Below are positions 14,432-25,620 of a stretch of 64,000 nucleotides of DNA, one piece after another. The position numbers and the translations under genes were made by a program. This stretch comes from Octopus sinensis (taxonomy: Eukaryota): the NCBI RefSeq assembly GCF_006345805.1, contig NC_043005.1:66154001-66218000 (forward strand), given 5' to 3'. The notes under the pieces are model-generated. The model worked only from the letters and a program-made list of their open reading frames with translations. It was not told where the DNA came from and ran no database searches. How positions within the stretch are numbered: position 1 is the first letter of the stretch; the number at the start of each line of letters is the position of its first letter.

Positions 14432-14560
14432 CACTATATCTATAAAATATGTATATATTTTAAAGAAATTTCTTTATAAAAAAGATACTAAACTTTTTCC
14501 ACATATTTTCAACTCATAATTTTGCCACGTGGTGTATACTGAATCTCCAGTGTTTTTGCT

Positions 14561-14591
<31 letters not shown>

Positions 14592-14595
<4 letters not shown>

Positions 14596-14640
14596 TGTAT
14601 TTCGGGACGGTCATTTTTTGCCAAATAAACACACACATTA
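14592..14640. mobile_element. Single end of the MITE family seen complete at 28480-28778
   Basis: GTATTTCGGGACGGTCATTTTTTGCCAAATAAACACAC matches that element's TIR. Confidence 0.65.
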
Positions 14641-14730
14641 TATATCTTTTTCATCACTCGGTGGAGTAACATTCAGAATAATACTCTGTTCAGCTTCAAG
14701 ATGTATGTATGAATGTATGTATATATATAC

Positions 14731-14761
<31 letters not shown>

Positions 14762-16312
14762 TGCATGTATGTATGTAATATATTTGTGTTTATGTGCATG
14801 TGTCTGTGTACAAAAACGTTCACATATATATATGCTGAAAGGTGATAGGTTACGATAAATTTCTCTTTAAAGGCTCTTCACGCACACACACATCCCACAA
14901 ACACATACACATTGCTGATAATATAAACAACTCTCCTCATAAAATAATTTCAGAATATTTGTTAGTCACAGACGGACAAAATAGAGCAAACAAGACTTTT
15001 ACTTGATAACGTTGGACCGGGAGTGGAGAATTATTTCCACTTTTAACAAAAGTCCCGCAGGCTGATAATTTCGAATTATTGCTAAGACCAACTTTGATAA
15101 AGATAATTTCTTTTCCATTATTTTCTAACTCTTTGATAAGAATATTCTAATTTTGTTTTATTTTCCCCATTTTATGTGTTACATACTCGTTGTGCAAATC
15201 AACCGAAAGTTATTCTATTCTCTTGATAGGTTTGAGATAAAATGTTAAATATATTCTCTGCATTTAAACCATTTCCGTCTTAATTCCATTGTTTGTAGTT
15301 TAGTTTGTATTTTCTTACGACTGATGTAGATGTGTGATCTAAAAATAACCCACCTTAGTTTATATTCTGGTTATCCAACACTCGCCGATATATTCAGACA
15401 ACGAAAACTTCTTTTTATCACACATATATATTTATATTTTTATTCCTTCGTTTCATTCCTGTATCGATTTCTAACGAAGTTGGAACATATTGAACTTTTA
15501 AAGAAAGGCATTTAGCTATAAAATGTAGTGAAGAAAATGTAATTATTTTTCTTTAGAATTATTCTCAATGCTTATTTGTTGATTATTATCTTCAAAGTTT
15601 CACATTCTACAAGATGTTTCACAATTATTTTATAGTAACCTGTGATTTCAATCCATATTAAATAGAAGCTCATCAAAACGTTGTTTATCGTTATATCTTT
15701 AATGTTAACTGCACACGGTACGGTATCAGGTCTATTTCTCTAAAGTCCATTAAATATTGCTTTCATCTTCTCGTTAAATCAGACCTTCATAGAAGCATTT
15801 ATTAAAATATGCATGAGCATTGTTAAATCATTGTCAATAAAAATCGAAAACCTACATAGAAATAATGCTAAAACGATTGCAATATAATAATTTATTTCAT
15901 TTCTTGGCAAATATAATTCTGTCAATATATTTGGTATTGTCAATGTTTAATCCCAGGTGAGCACTGATCGATTACACTTATGGTGAAAAACCTTCAAGTC
16001 TTATACATACATACATACATACATACATACATACATACATACATACATACATACATACATACATAGATACATACATACATACACATACATACATACATGC
16101 ATGCATGCATGCATACATACATACGCACACACATACATACGTACATCTCTATACATATATATGTATTTGTGTGCGTACACTATATGTACGCTAACACACT
16201 CGTGTATATATATGTATATATATATATATATATAAATAAACTAATTTAGATGCATATACTTAGGCACACACACACATATATATATGTATGCATGTATGTA
16301 TATATATGTATG

Positions 16313-16416
<104 letters not shown>

Positions 16417-16599
16417 CTGTAGGGGGATACCCAATATGCTTCCATTGTCGAATAAGTAAACGAACCTAATTATCATAGCTATTCTTTCACTGACGTACAT
16501 CTCTGTCAATAATGTTTAGTTTCCACCCCGGACCTTCTTTTTATCTTTATTACACTTCATAGGACAAAAACGTAAAATAAAATAGCTTTTCTCATTTCA

Positions 16600-17466
16600 A
16601 GGACATGGAGTTTCAGTGTATCCAGAAGTTCAGGCGGCTCTTAAGGGACCTGGATTGTGAGAAAGACAGGGTGGATCAGAGACGTGAAGACTCAAACCTT
16701 TGTCTTCCTGGTCAGGTATCGGCAGCTCCAAATACCCTTGTCAAATGAGTCCACAACTGTACAGAGCATCCATATCTTTTTAAGACTCCGGACTCGCAGC
16801 TAATGTAGCCATGGAACACTCTACCGAGATAGGTGAAGCAGTCCACAACTTCGACACTCTCACATGCAGCAGTCACAAAAGCCCACGAAAGACTGCATAT
16901 TTTTCGTGACTTAAGAAAGTCTAAGGCCAAATGGTACCGTTTTCTCACTTGCCGAAAGGAGGGAACTCCTTATAACATCCAGAAACTCAGCAAGAGTAAT
17001 AGCATCATCAGAAAAATCCAGGTTAGTAATCCTAGTTTCATCAATGAGTGTTCCTCAACTCGATCGGTCCACTATCTGGCCAAGTATCCAGCCCATGCGA
17101 AAATTGAACGGAGTGGGAGCCAAAACACAACCTTAACGGCCCCCAGATTTAAATGGGAAAAAGTCAGATGTTGAGCTCCCAATCCGAACTACGCCTGCTA
17201 CTCCAGTATACAAGGCCACCGTCACTTCTACCAATCGGGAAGGTACACGGTGCAGCTACAGAATCTTCTAAAGCACATCCTTGTCCTCCAAGTTAAATTC
17301 TGTGCAGATGTCAACATAATTTGCGAGCAGAACCTGCCGAAGACCCTGCCTACTTTCGATGAGTACTCGGAGAGCAAGAATCCTGTTAGTAGTTGACTTC
17401 TTTGGTGTAAACCTTGACTACTCCGACTGATGAAAGGAGACAGACAATTTCACAGTCTGTTTAGAA
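16600..17466 (-). mobile_element. RTE-clade LINE reverse-transcriptase remnant (downstream part)
   Basis: With frameshifts and stops: ILNRL..QG/FTPKKSTTNRILALRVLIE..YVD..VL*KIL*LH.VP..ALYTGV..V.IG...DFFPFKSG../GCVLAPT..FN, then VEVVDCFTYLG and RKTKV*VF.SLI.PVFL. Confidence 0.9.
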
Positions 17467-17760
17467 TAGTTTTTCTCAACCATTTTTTTTTACCTAAGGA
17501 TCCCTTTGATTCCTGGTTTACTCTGCTGGACCCTCACATCTTGCTCTATTTTTATGATTAAACAATAGTAGGAAATGTATAAAAAATTAAAATATTTTGT
17601 GTAGGTGTGGCTGTGTGGTAAGAAGCTTGCTTCCCAACCACATGGCTCCGGGTTCAGTCCCACTGTGTGGCACCATGGGCAAGTGTCTTCTTCTGTATAA
17701 CCTCGAGCCGACCCAAGCTTTGTCAGTGGATTTGGTAGACAGAAATTGGAAGAAGCCCGT

Positions 17761-17812
<52 letters not shown>

Positions 17813-18140
17813 CTGTGTGTGTGTGTATGTTGGTTGTGTTTGTCCTACCCGCCATCGCTTGACAAATGATGCAGATGCTTATCCCCTAACTTAACGGTTC
17901 GGCAAAAGGTATCGATAGAATAAGTACTAGGCTTACAAAGAATAAGTCCTGGGATCGATTTTTTCGACTAATACTCTTTAAGGCGGTGCTCCAGCATGGC
18001 TGCAGTCAAATGACTGAAATAATAAAAAAAAAGACTAAAAAGAATTGTAGACATATAACCAGTTTATTGCACATAAAGTTTAGCAATACAATCTGATATG
18101 GAACCCCAAGGGCCATATGGACCCCGGTTGAGAACCACTG
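17467..18140. mobile_element. Non-autonomous hAT (Charlie-type) element with 8-bp TSD
   Basis: The right end GGTTGAGAACCACTG (reverse complement CAGTGGTTCTCAACC) pairs with the degenerate left end TAGTTTTTCTCAACC. TSD GTTTAGAA at 17459-17466 and 18141-18148. Confidence 0.85.
17599..18042 (+). mobile_element. tRNA-derived SINE with internal (TA)/(TG) microsatellite and a GGCGGTGCTCCAGCATGGC tail
   Basis: Head GTGGCTGTGTGGTAAGAAGCTTGCTTCCCAACCACATGGCTCCGGGTTCAGTCCC, then the CORE-like CCATGGGCAAGTGTCTT. Same family as 21357-21767. Confidence 0.9.
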
Positions 18141-18215
18141 GTTTAGAATAACTCTGGCAAAGACCTTATCAAGCATCGGGAGAAGTGTAACCTTTAAGCA
18201 ACTTCCCTTCACAGT
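18141..18215 (-). mobile_element. RTE-clade LINE RT remnant (upstream part, split by the hAT insertion)
   Basis: Reads KVTLLPMLDKVFARVILN, the YRGITLLS..GKVFARVILNR motif, and continues into ILNRL across the hAT element. Confidence 0.8.
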
Positions 18216-18743
18216 GAACAGTAAACTTTTGAAAGAGAAAACCATATGTTTCACAGAGAAACAAGATGTTATGAAACTGGCCAATAATGGAAGGATAATA
18301 TAATGGAAAAAAAAAACTTAAACAAAAATAATTTTAATCAGTGTTAATAGAAATAAAAATAGAAATAATAGTTAGTACAAACTTTGAAAGAATAATTTAT
18401 TTTTTTTACAGTATACTGCTTTTAAGAAAATGATAATTTGTTTGCTGGTATATGTCCAGCGTCTCCAACTAGCTTTAGTGACACTTTATCATCTGGTTTA
18501 ATTGTAATCCATGTAATGCTAGCATGATAAAGTCTCATTCTCATCTAACCTTCTGGTGGAAACTGTAAAGCCCGACATACAAAATATCGGATGACATTAG
18601 CTTGACAAACTAATATTTCGTAACTATAGTCTTTCTGATCGATATTAGTACGGTGAAAATATTCTTAGAATGCTGCTTCTATTCTATAGTTGTTGTAGTT
18701 GTGGCGATCACCTTTCTAGTCAGGTGTTACGATGCCACTATGT

Positions 18744-18985
18744 AAAAAGGTAAAGTTACCTTCTCGAATCATACCGACTCACAAGGGACGGTTTCTCGGT
18801 TTCGCGGGGTATATATTTCCCACCTGGACGGGACGCCGGTGGGTCGTAGGGTTAATCATTTTTACCAGCTGAAGCAACGTGAAATGAAGTGCTTTGCTCA
18901 AGGACACAACGCGTCGCCCGATCCAGGAATCGAAACCATATCTTGCAATCATGAGTCGAACACCACTAACCACTAAGCCACGCAC
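18744..18985 (-). mobile_element. tRNA-derived SINE (head type H2, tail ending ACCTTT-like)
   Basis: Minus strand: GTGCGTGGCTTAGTGGTTAGTGGTGTTCGACTCATGATTGCAAGATATGGTTTCGATTCC...TTGTGTCCTTGAGCAAAGCACTT...GGTAACTTTACCTTT. Confidence 0.8.
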
Positions 18986-19073
18986 TTCTATTTATGATGT
19001 CGCTGCTTCAAACTGAGCAGATGATCTTCCACAAGAACAAGATTGCAGCAGGCCTGACTTTCTCGATCATCTT

Positions 19074-19306
19074 CTTATTTCTTTACTGCCAACAAGGGGC
19101 TAAACATAGAGGGGACAAAGAAGGACAGAGAAAGGGATTAAGTCGATTATATCGACCCCAGTCCGTAACTGGTACTTAATTTATCGACCCCGAAGGAACG
19201 AAAGGCAAAGTCAACCTCGGCGGAAGTTGAACTCAGAACGTAGCGGCAGACGAAATACCGCTAAGCATTTCGCCCTGCGTACTAATATTTCTGCCAGTTC
19301 GCCGCC
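19074..19306 (-). mobile_element. Meta/MESC-domain-type tRNA SINE with 14-bp TSD
   Basis: Full copy. TSD TTCT(C/T)GATCATCTT at 19060-19073 and 19307-19320. The core GAGGTTGACTTTGCCTTTCGTTCCTTCGGGGTCGATAAATTAAGTACC resembles the Meta domain (from memory). Confidence 0.88.
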
Positions 19307-19601
19307 TTCTTGATCATCTTATGGATGCCACAATCACCAGTTGCGTTCCGACATTTCAGCTGATTTACCGCACGAGATTCGCTCACAGACGGCGAGGTCA
19401 CAGCTGACTGGCAGGGTGGTCACAAATGTTGAAGTCATCGCGGTATTCAGAACAGTACTAGGTGGGTCCACCTAATACAACTCTTCAAAGCAAGCCACCA
19501 CCTTCGGCTCCTCTGTCAGGAGCGTTCTATCAGAACCACAAAAGAAAGTCGCATCGAATAATGTTCTATGGGATTACACAATCCCAGAAGCAAGAACAGT
19601 A

Positions 19602-20162
19602 CACTGTCATACCTCACTTTACGAGGGCCCGCTTTACGAATCCCAGGTTTACGAGTTTCATTCTCCAGGCACAAGATCCCAATTTTGAACGAAGGGCAAA
19701 GGTTTCTACTATCATAACGAAAGCTTCTGCATGTTACCGAGAAATTTATAGAGAGCGAAAAATAGCTTCTTCTAAGCAAACAATTCTAGACTTGTTTTCT
19801 AAAAAGAAACCTACAAGCCCGTCTATGAGTGCTTGTGAATCGGCGATCGCATTCAGAAGTGAGGGTGTGCGCGAGTTTAGTGCGAGTAAAAGTGATTCAG
19901 AAAACGATTATGATAATAATAATTTTTATTATAAATGATCTTGACATTCGTTTTACTTCACATAAAATATTCTTTACATTCCACTGTTGTTTTATTGCCA
20001 TTTATTTACGAGTATTATAAATCTTATAAGTAAAATAGTTTTCTGGGAACGATTTACGATTTATGACATTGCTACGATGGGAAAATTATTGCTCTGCTTT
20101 ACGAGTTTCACTGTACGAATAGTCTCCGAGAACAAATTGACTCGTATATCGAGGCTTTATTG
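19602..20162 (+). mobile_element. Tigger/pogo-type non-autonomous DNA transposon retaining the transposase C-terminus
   Basis: TA-flanked imperfect TIRs (..CCTCACTTTACGAG / CTCGTATATCGAGG..). The interior reads QDPNFERRAKVSTIITKASACYREIYRERKIASSKQTILDLFSKK, the Tigger C-terminal DPN.ER..K....A..CY.EIY.E.K....Q..LD.F motif. Confidence 0.8.
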
Positions 20163-20204
20163 TATGTGTATGGTTTCAATGAACCAATATACTAGGTCTG
20201 CTCT

Positions 20205-20532
20205 GTTAAGGCGCGTGGCTTAGTGGTTAGGGGCATTCGGCTCATGATCGTAAGGTCGTGAGTTCAATTACCAGCGGCGCGTTGTGTCCTTGAGCAAGAC
20301 ACTTTATTTCACGTTGCTCCAGTCCACTCAGCTGGCAAAAATGAGTAGTACCTGTATTTCAAAGGGCCAGCCTTGTCACACTATGTGTCACGCCGAATCT
20401 CCCCGAGAACTACGTTAAGGGTACACGTGTCTGCGGAGAGCTCAGCCACTTGCACGTTAATTTCACGAGCAAGCTGTTCCGTTGATCGTATCAGCTGGGA
20501 CCCTCGTCGTCGCAACCGACGGAGTGCTCCTT
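20205..20532 (+). mobile_element. tRNA-derived SINE (head H2 + tail T1) with 12-bp TSD
   Basis: GCGCGTGGCTTAGTGGTTAGG...GAGTTCAATT...TTGTGTCCTTGAGCAAGACACTT. TSD TAGGTCTGCTCT at 20193-20204 and 20533-20544. Confidence 0.9.
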
Positions 20533-20984
20533 TAGGTCTGCTCTATCATGGCTGACATGGGACTAAAACAACAACAACAGCAACAGCACAAATAACACCA
20601 TCACGACCAACAATGGCAGTATTTCCGCCTTGTTTTGTGCGGAATACAATAACTTTGACAGGCTGGCAGCATAGTAATAGCCTCATTGTTTTCTCAATGA
20701 CCTGATTATCACATACGTTTATTATTAGTAGTAGTAGTATTTGCAAAATGATAAAAATCTATTCAGTTAACGAGAAAATAAAAACTGTAAAACCATTCGC
20801 CACAATGCGACCAGGTATTGATTTTTGGCGCACAGAATGCTTAACAATGTTTTATCAAAAAATTGCATACATAAATTAATATATAGATATGCGAGTGAGT
20901 GTGTGAGTGTGAGTGTGTATGCATATGTGTGTGTCTGGCCGATATTCAAGAATCGGTCGGATTTCCAGTCTCAATGATTGGAAT

Positions 20985-21018
<34 letters not shown>

Positions 21019-21074
21019 CACACACACACATAGACCTACGCGCACGCACATACCCACACATACATACGCATACC

Positions 21075-21350
21075 TCATTCTCTTGCACTCCCCTGTCTTT
21101 GAAAGAACTTTTTCTTCACCCATTCCTTTCCAGTCATTTCAATATGTGGCCGCGTGTGTATCGTTGGCGATTTTCTTTCTCCGTCTTCCCCTCTTTGGAC
21201 TTTTTCTATATTTCTGACGAAGAGCTCCGCTCGAAACGGGAAATTCTCTTTCTTTTCTTTCCTTTCATGAGCGTCCAATAACACTGTACTTATACCACGT
21301 CCTTGCGTTGTTGTTTTTTCTTGCTTTTTCATGTTTAGATTAACTATATA
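21075..21350 (+). mobile_element. Solo Penelope-like pseudo-LTR carrying a hammerhead core
   Basis: Pyrimidine-rich repeat ending in (TA)n. It contains ATTT-CTGACGA-A-GAGC-TCC-GCTC-GAAAC-GGG-AAAT at 21210-21244. Confidence 0.6.
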
Positions 21351-21356
21351 TATATA

Positions 21357-21521
21357 TGAGTGGCTGTGTGGTAAGTAGCTTGCTTACCAACCACATGGTT
21401 CCGGGTTCAGTCCCACTGCGTGGCATCTTGGGCAATTGTCTTCTACTATAGCCTCAGGCCGACCAAAACCTTGTGAGTGGATTTGGTAGACGGAAACTGA
21501 AAGAAGCCCGTCGTATATATG

Positions 21522-21567
<46 letters not shown>

Positions 21568-21767
21568 TGTGTATGTCACCCAAACATCGCTTGACAACCG
21601 ATGCTGGTGTGTTTACGTCCCCGTAACTTAGCGGTTCAGCAAAAGAGACCGGTAGAATAAGTACTAGGCTTACAAAGAATAAGTCCTGGGGGCGATTTGC
21701 TCGACTAAAGGCGGTGCTCCAGCATGGCCGCACTCAAATGACTGAAACAAGTAAAGGAGTAAAAGAT
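21357..21767 (+). mobile_element. tRNA-derived SINE, same family as 17599-18042
   Basis: Near-complete copy ending AAGGCGGTGCTCCAGCATGGCCGCACTCAAATGACTGAAACAAGTAAAGGAGTAAAAG. Confidence 0.9.
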
Positions 21768-21769
21768 AT

Positions 21770-21809
<40 letters not shown>

Positions 21810-21846
21810 CTTGATTCATGATCTTAACATTGTTATAAACGTATCA

Positions 21847-21942
21847 GGACAATTAACCCCCTCGGACAATTACCCCCTACGATAACTACTCCTTGGATAA
21901 TTACCCGCTTGGTTAATTACCCGCTTGGTTAATTACCCCCTC
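21847..21942. repeat. Six copies of a ~16-bp GG(A/T)(C/T)AATTACCC motif
   Basis: Units at 21847, 21864, 21881 (degenerate), 21895, 21911 and 21927. Confidence 0.8.
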
Positions 21943-22277
21943 TCCAATATATTAAGAAGTTTTAAATATAGATACATTTTAATATACATACATACATATT
22001 AATAAATTTCAGTGTAGCAAAAAAAAAAAAATATTTAGAAATTTTTTGCTACCAGTGGTCTAGAGAGAAGAAAAAAAAAACTAGTCAATAGACTATGTCA
22101 TTCTTATAAAAATACAGTGTACATTTAAACACATACTCCTTCTAGCTGTTCAGATGTCCTATTATGCCCATCTCTTATGTGTTTAAATGTACACTGTATT
22201 TTTGCATACATACATACATACATACATACATACATACATACATACAGACAGACAGACATATATATATGTATAATCTT

Positions 22278-22435
22278 TTACTTGCTTCAGCCAATAGCCT
22301 GCAGCCATGCTGGAGCACCGTCTTGAAGAAATTTTGGTCGAATGACTCGATCCTAGTACTTCTTTTTTTCTATCGGTCTTTTTTGTCGAACGGCTACGAC
22401 ACAAGAGCGTGGACACACCAACTCCGGTTGTCACG
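22278..22435 (-). mobile_element. Internally deleted SINE (family of 21357)
   Basis: GCAGCCATGCTGGAGCACCG...CTAGTACTT...ACACCAACTCCGGTTGTCA. Confidence 0.7.
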
Positions 22436-24522
22436 TAAAAGATAAAAGATATTTGTCTATTTGTCTGTTTATCTTATCCATACACAGACACATACACACA
22501 CACAAGCACACGCACCTATATTGTTCAAAGTGTCCTTTCATACTTTAAGACGGTAGATTGTAATTTGAGGAGAATTTAGCCACTATTTTTAGCATATTGA
22601 GGGACCACGGAGAGGCCTTCTCTCGTTGGCTCGAAGTTATACTTCATATTTTAGTCCCAAATCAGCTCCGTTCAAACTGATCTATGATGAAAGGTGTTCC
22701 AGTTATCAGTAGCCAGTCCTTTTGCATTTCAGGAACCGCATTGTCTAATATATTCTTTATTTATGAAGGTAGGATATGACCTTGATGGAAATTTAGCTAC
22801 AAGTTCTAGCATATCGAGCGCCTATACAGAAGTGCATTTGTTCAATATCGAGCCAGCCAGTATTCATTGATGTCATCGTACTGAGTTGGTGGTGATATAG
22901 AATAAAAGAACACCGATTCCGTTTCTCTCTCTCCTTTCCTTTCTTTAGGCATTCTATTGCCTTTCTTCACAAAGGTAAATGATGTAAGGGGTGGTTTGAG
23001 GAATAATTTACATAGGGAGAGTGTGATAGGCAGTGAGAGGAAGAGATGGTAGAGTTTCGGTTACATATTTATAGATATGCTTACATTAGCATCCGTATAT
23101 TAGAAATTTAATGATGCTAATGTAAATATAGGGCAGTTGACAGAAGGACCAGTAGAAGTATCGGACAAAATACCTAGCCATATGTAGTTACGTCACTATA
23201 CGATATTAATTTCCATCTGAGAAGTTCGAGAAGTACCAGTTCTTCTCAGGTAGATGAATAAGTACCACTCAAGCACTAGGCTTAACATAATTGCTTATTT
23301 CCTCTCCCAAATCATGTGACCTTCCGCGATATTTAATACGAATGATTTTATTGTTTTACATACACGCACACACCCACACACACGTATGCACACACGCAAA
23401 CACATACGCACACAGACACTTGCACACGCACACACACACGCACTCAAATGATTTGGAAAGCTTTGTGCATTGAAGTTTTGCATGCGTTGTGTTATATTTT
23501 ATATTTCCCTTGAGATTTGCTAAGCTATCTTGTAAACCTTATATTTATTTGATTTAAATATAATAAACTTTTTGCTGATCTTCCCACAAGTTCCCATGAC
23601 AAAACATCAATTTCGATAATAGTATGGAAATGCAATAAAAATGAGAGGAAAAGAGGAGAAAATAATAATATTAAACGAAATGTATTCAATAAGAATTTAA
23701 TCTTATTTTATTTAGAATTATTGTTCAAAATGTTGAGAATTAAATTTTTGTGTTAGAAAAATAAATTATTTACTCAGCATCCGCTTCGTAAGTGATAAAA
23801 ATAAATTAGATAAATAAAAAGTCTGTGGAAAACAAGAAAAATAAATTATGACTGAATGAATGTTGCTTCGGGGATGTAACTTCGGTAAATTTAGTTATAA
23901 AGTTACAATGTCGTTCAACCATGTTCATGATAGGAACAATTTGCATATTGCGTGTTGAATGTCCATAAATTACAGAAGGGCAGATTAGTGCTGGGCATTT
24001 AGAAGTACAACCTACAATGACTTTTCAACATACACACAGACACACACGCACGTATACACACATACATGCACCACACACACATACGTACACAATCATATGT
24101 ATGTTTGGAAATGGAAAGAAAAAAAAATCAAAAAAACAGCGAAGCGTATTAGTGTGACGTGAGTTGCGAGAGAAATCACATATCACACCACAGAGTATAT
24201 GCATTCATAAATTTTAGGTTTAACAACGTAAAAGAAATTAATTATATGGAAATGTATGCTTAAAACCTATATGATATTAATTTTTTTAAAATTTCGTATT
24301 TTCTGAAAAAATAGTTGTTTTGGTTACAGGTTCCTAACGGTTCAGTCAATAGTTCCACTGCATTTAAGATGGCAAGAGTAAGGCGAGAACGCCAGCGTAA
24401 CTCAAACAGAACAAATGCCACAAATTTTTCTTTTGCGTGAAAGCACAGATTTATCACCGACGTTTTTTGTTTCCCACCGATAAACACCAGCGAAAGAATA
24501 CTACATACATGCATGCACATAT

Positions 24523-24913
24523 GTATGTATGTGTTTCCTTTGAGTTTAATTTAAGTTCTTGAAAGAGTTCAAGCCGGTTGCTAAACAAATCGACAAAACT
24601 TTTTGAGATAAGCGAGTACCCGGTGTTTGTAAACATGTGGTTGAGTCTAGGGCATATGCTCAAATGTGTGCATCTATTCACATAGAATCTCACATGAGAA
24701 TGTCTGGAGTGTCTTACAAATCTTTACCGTGTCACTAATAGATTGGATTTGGAAAATCCGCGTTAGTTTCTTTTGCGCTTTTTCCGTGAAACGAAGTGTT
24801 TCTAGGTCTTTGTACAAATTTGTTGGTACATAACCTAATGCCCGTATGATAATAGGTACAAATGAAAATTCAAAGTCAGGGTGCAAGAGCTGTAAGTTCC
24901 GCATTAATTCGCC

Positions 24914-24914
<1 letters not shown>
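24523..24914 (-). mobile_element. R4/Dong-type RLE non-LTR element, short 3' fragment (variant A)
   Basis: ELMRNLQLLHPDFEFSFVPIIIRALGYVPTNLYKDLETLRF..LTRIFQIQSISDTVKICKTLQTF (RLE C-terminus, PI(I)IGALG motif). The 3' end runs into CATACAT repeats. Confidence 0.8.
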
Positions 24915-24944
<30 letters not shown>

Positions 24945-24946
24945 TG

Positions 24947-25088
24947 TCATTATTCAGTTTTATTCCAAAATTTCTTGCCGTTAGAAAAAGAGCCGGTTTC
25001 TAACCTAGATCCAAGGCTCTTTCATTGGAATTTCAACATCGACAACAGGATGTTTTTATGTATGTATGTATGTATGTATGTATGTATG

Positions 25089-25119
<31 letters not shown>

Positions 25120-25620
25120 CCCTAATTTGTATGTTTTGTTTTATGTGTGTATTCTTATGTATGTACTTGCATATCTAGGCATGCTCATATATATTTAAAT
25201 GATAAACTTTTGGAAAGTTTTACAGATTCTTTCAGTTCCAGTGATGGATTGGATCTGTAGTCTTCGAATTAGCCGTCTCTTTTGTAGTTTTCAGAAGCCT
25301 AAATTCTCAAGATTGGTATTTAGGCAGTGTGTTACATATCCCAGGGCCACAATAATTACAGGTATAAACCTGAACTTGTAATTTGGTTAGGGTAACTGCA
25401 GATTTCTCAATAGTTCAGCGTAGGCATGCTCTTTTCCACTGATCTTCAGCTTCATGTTAACATCCACTGGGTAGCTAATTTCCACAACTGTGCACAGTTT
25501 CTCTTCTCTATCCCAAATCATTATATCAGGTCTATTGTGCCTACATTTTATTAAGGTTTTTACTGGGACATTCCGCCAGTACTCCTTTCTGTTATGAGTG
25601 GCAATGGCTTCTACCTTAAT
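24947..25620 (-). mobile_element. R4/Dong-type RLE non-LTR element, 3' fragment (variant B) ending in (CATA)n
   Basis: EAIATHNRKEYWRNVPVKTLIKCRHNRPDIMIWDREEKLCTVVEISYPVDVN.KLKISGKEHAYAELLRNLQL, with RPD...E..P.D...K..Y as the PD-(D/E)xK nuclease. The 3' UTR ends AAAACTGAATAATGA-(CATA)n. Confidence 0.88.

Larger units (their letters stand above)
13468..14514 (+). mobile_element. 5'-truncated Penelope-like retroelement (Neptune-type) with inverted pseudo-LTRs
   Basis: 13468-13712 is an imperfect inverted copy of 14287-14514. The interior encodes a GIY-YIG endonuclease remnant, and each repeat arm holds a hammerhead-like motif. Confidence 0.88.

Noticed and set aside
13468-14514. DNA-transposon MITE interpretation of the long inverted repeats
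   Set aside because: The interior encodes a Penelope GIY-YIG domain and the arms are 3'-UTR/pLTR sequence with hammerhead motifs.
19462-19938. 158-aa ORF as a host gene
   Set aside because: It runs through a Tigger TIR into the transposase C-terminal remnant.
20205-20285. tRNA gene
   Set aside because: The A/B-box head continues into a SINE body with a TSD, and the acceptor stem is not intact. The same applies to the other SINE heads.
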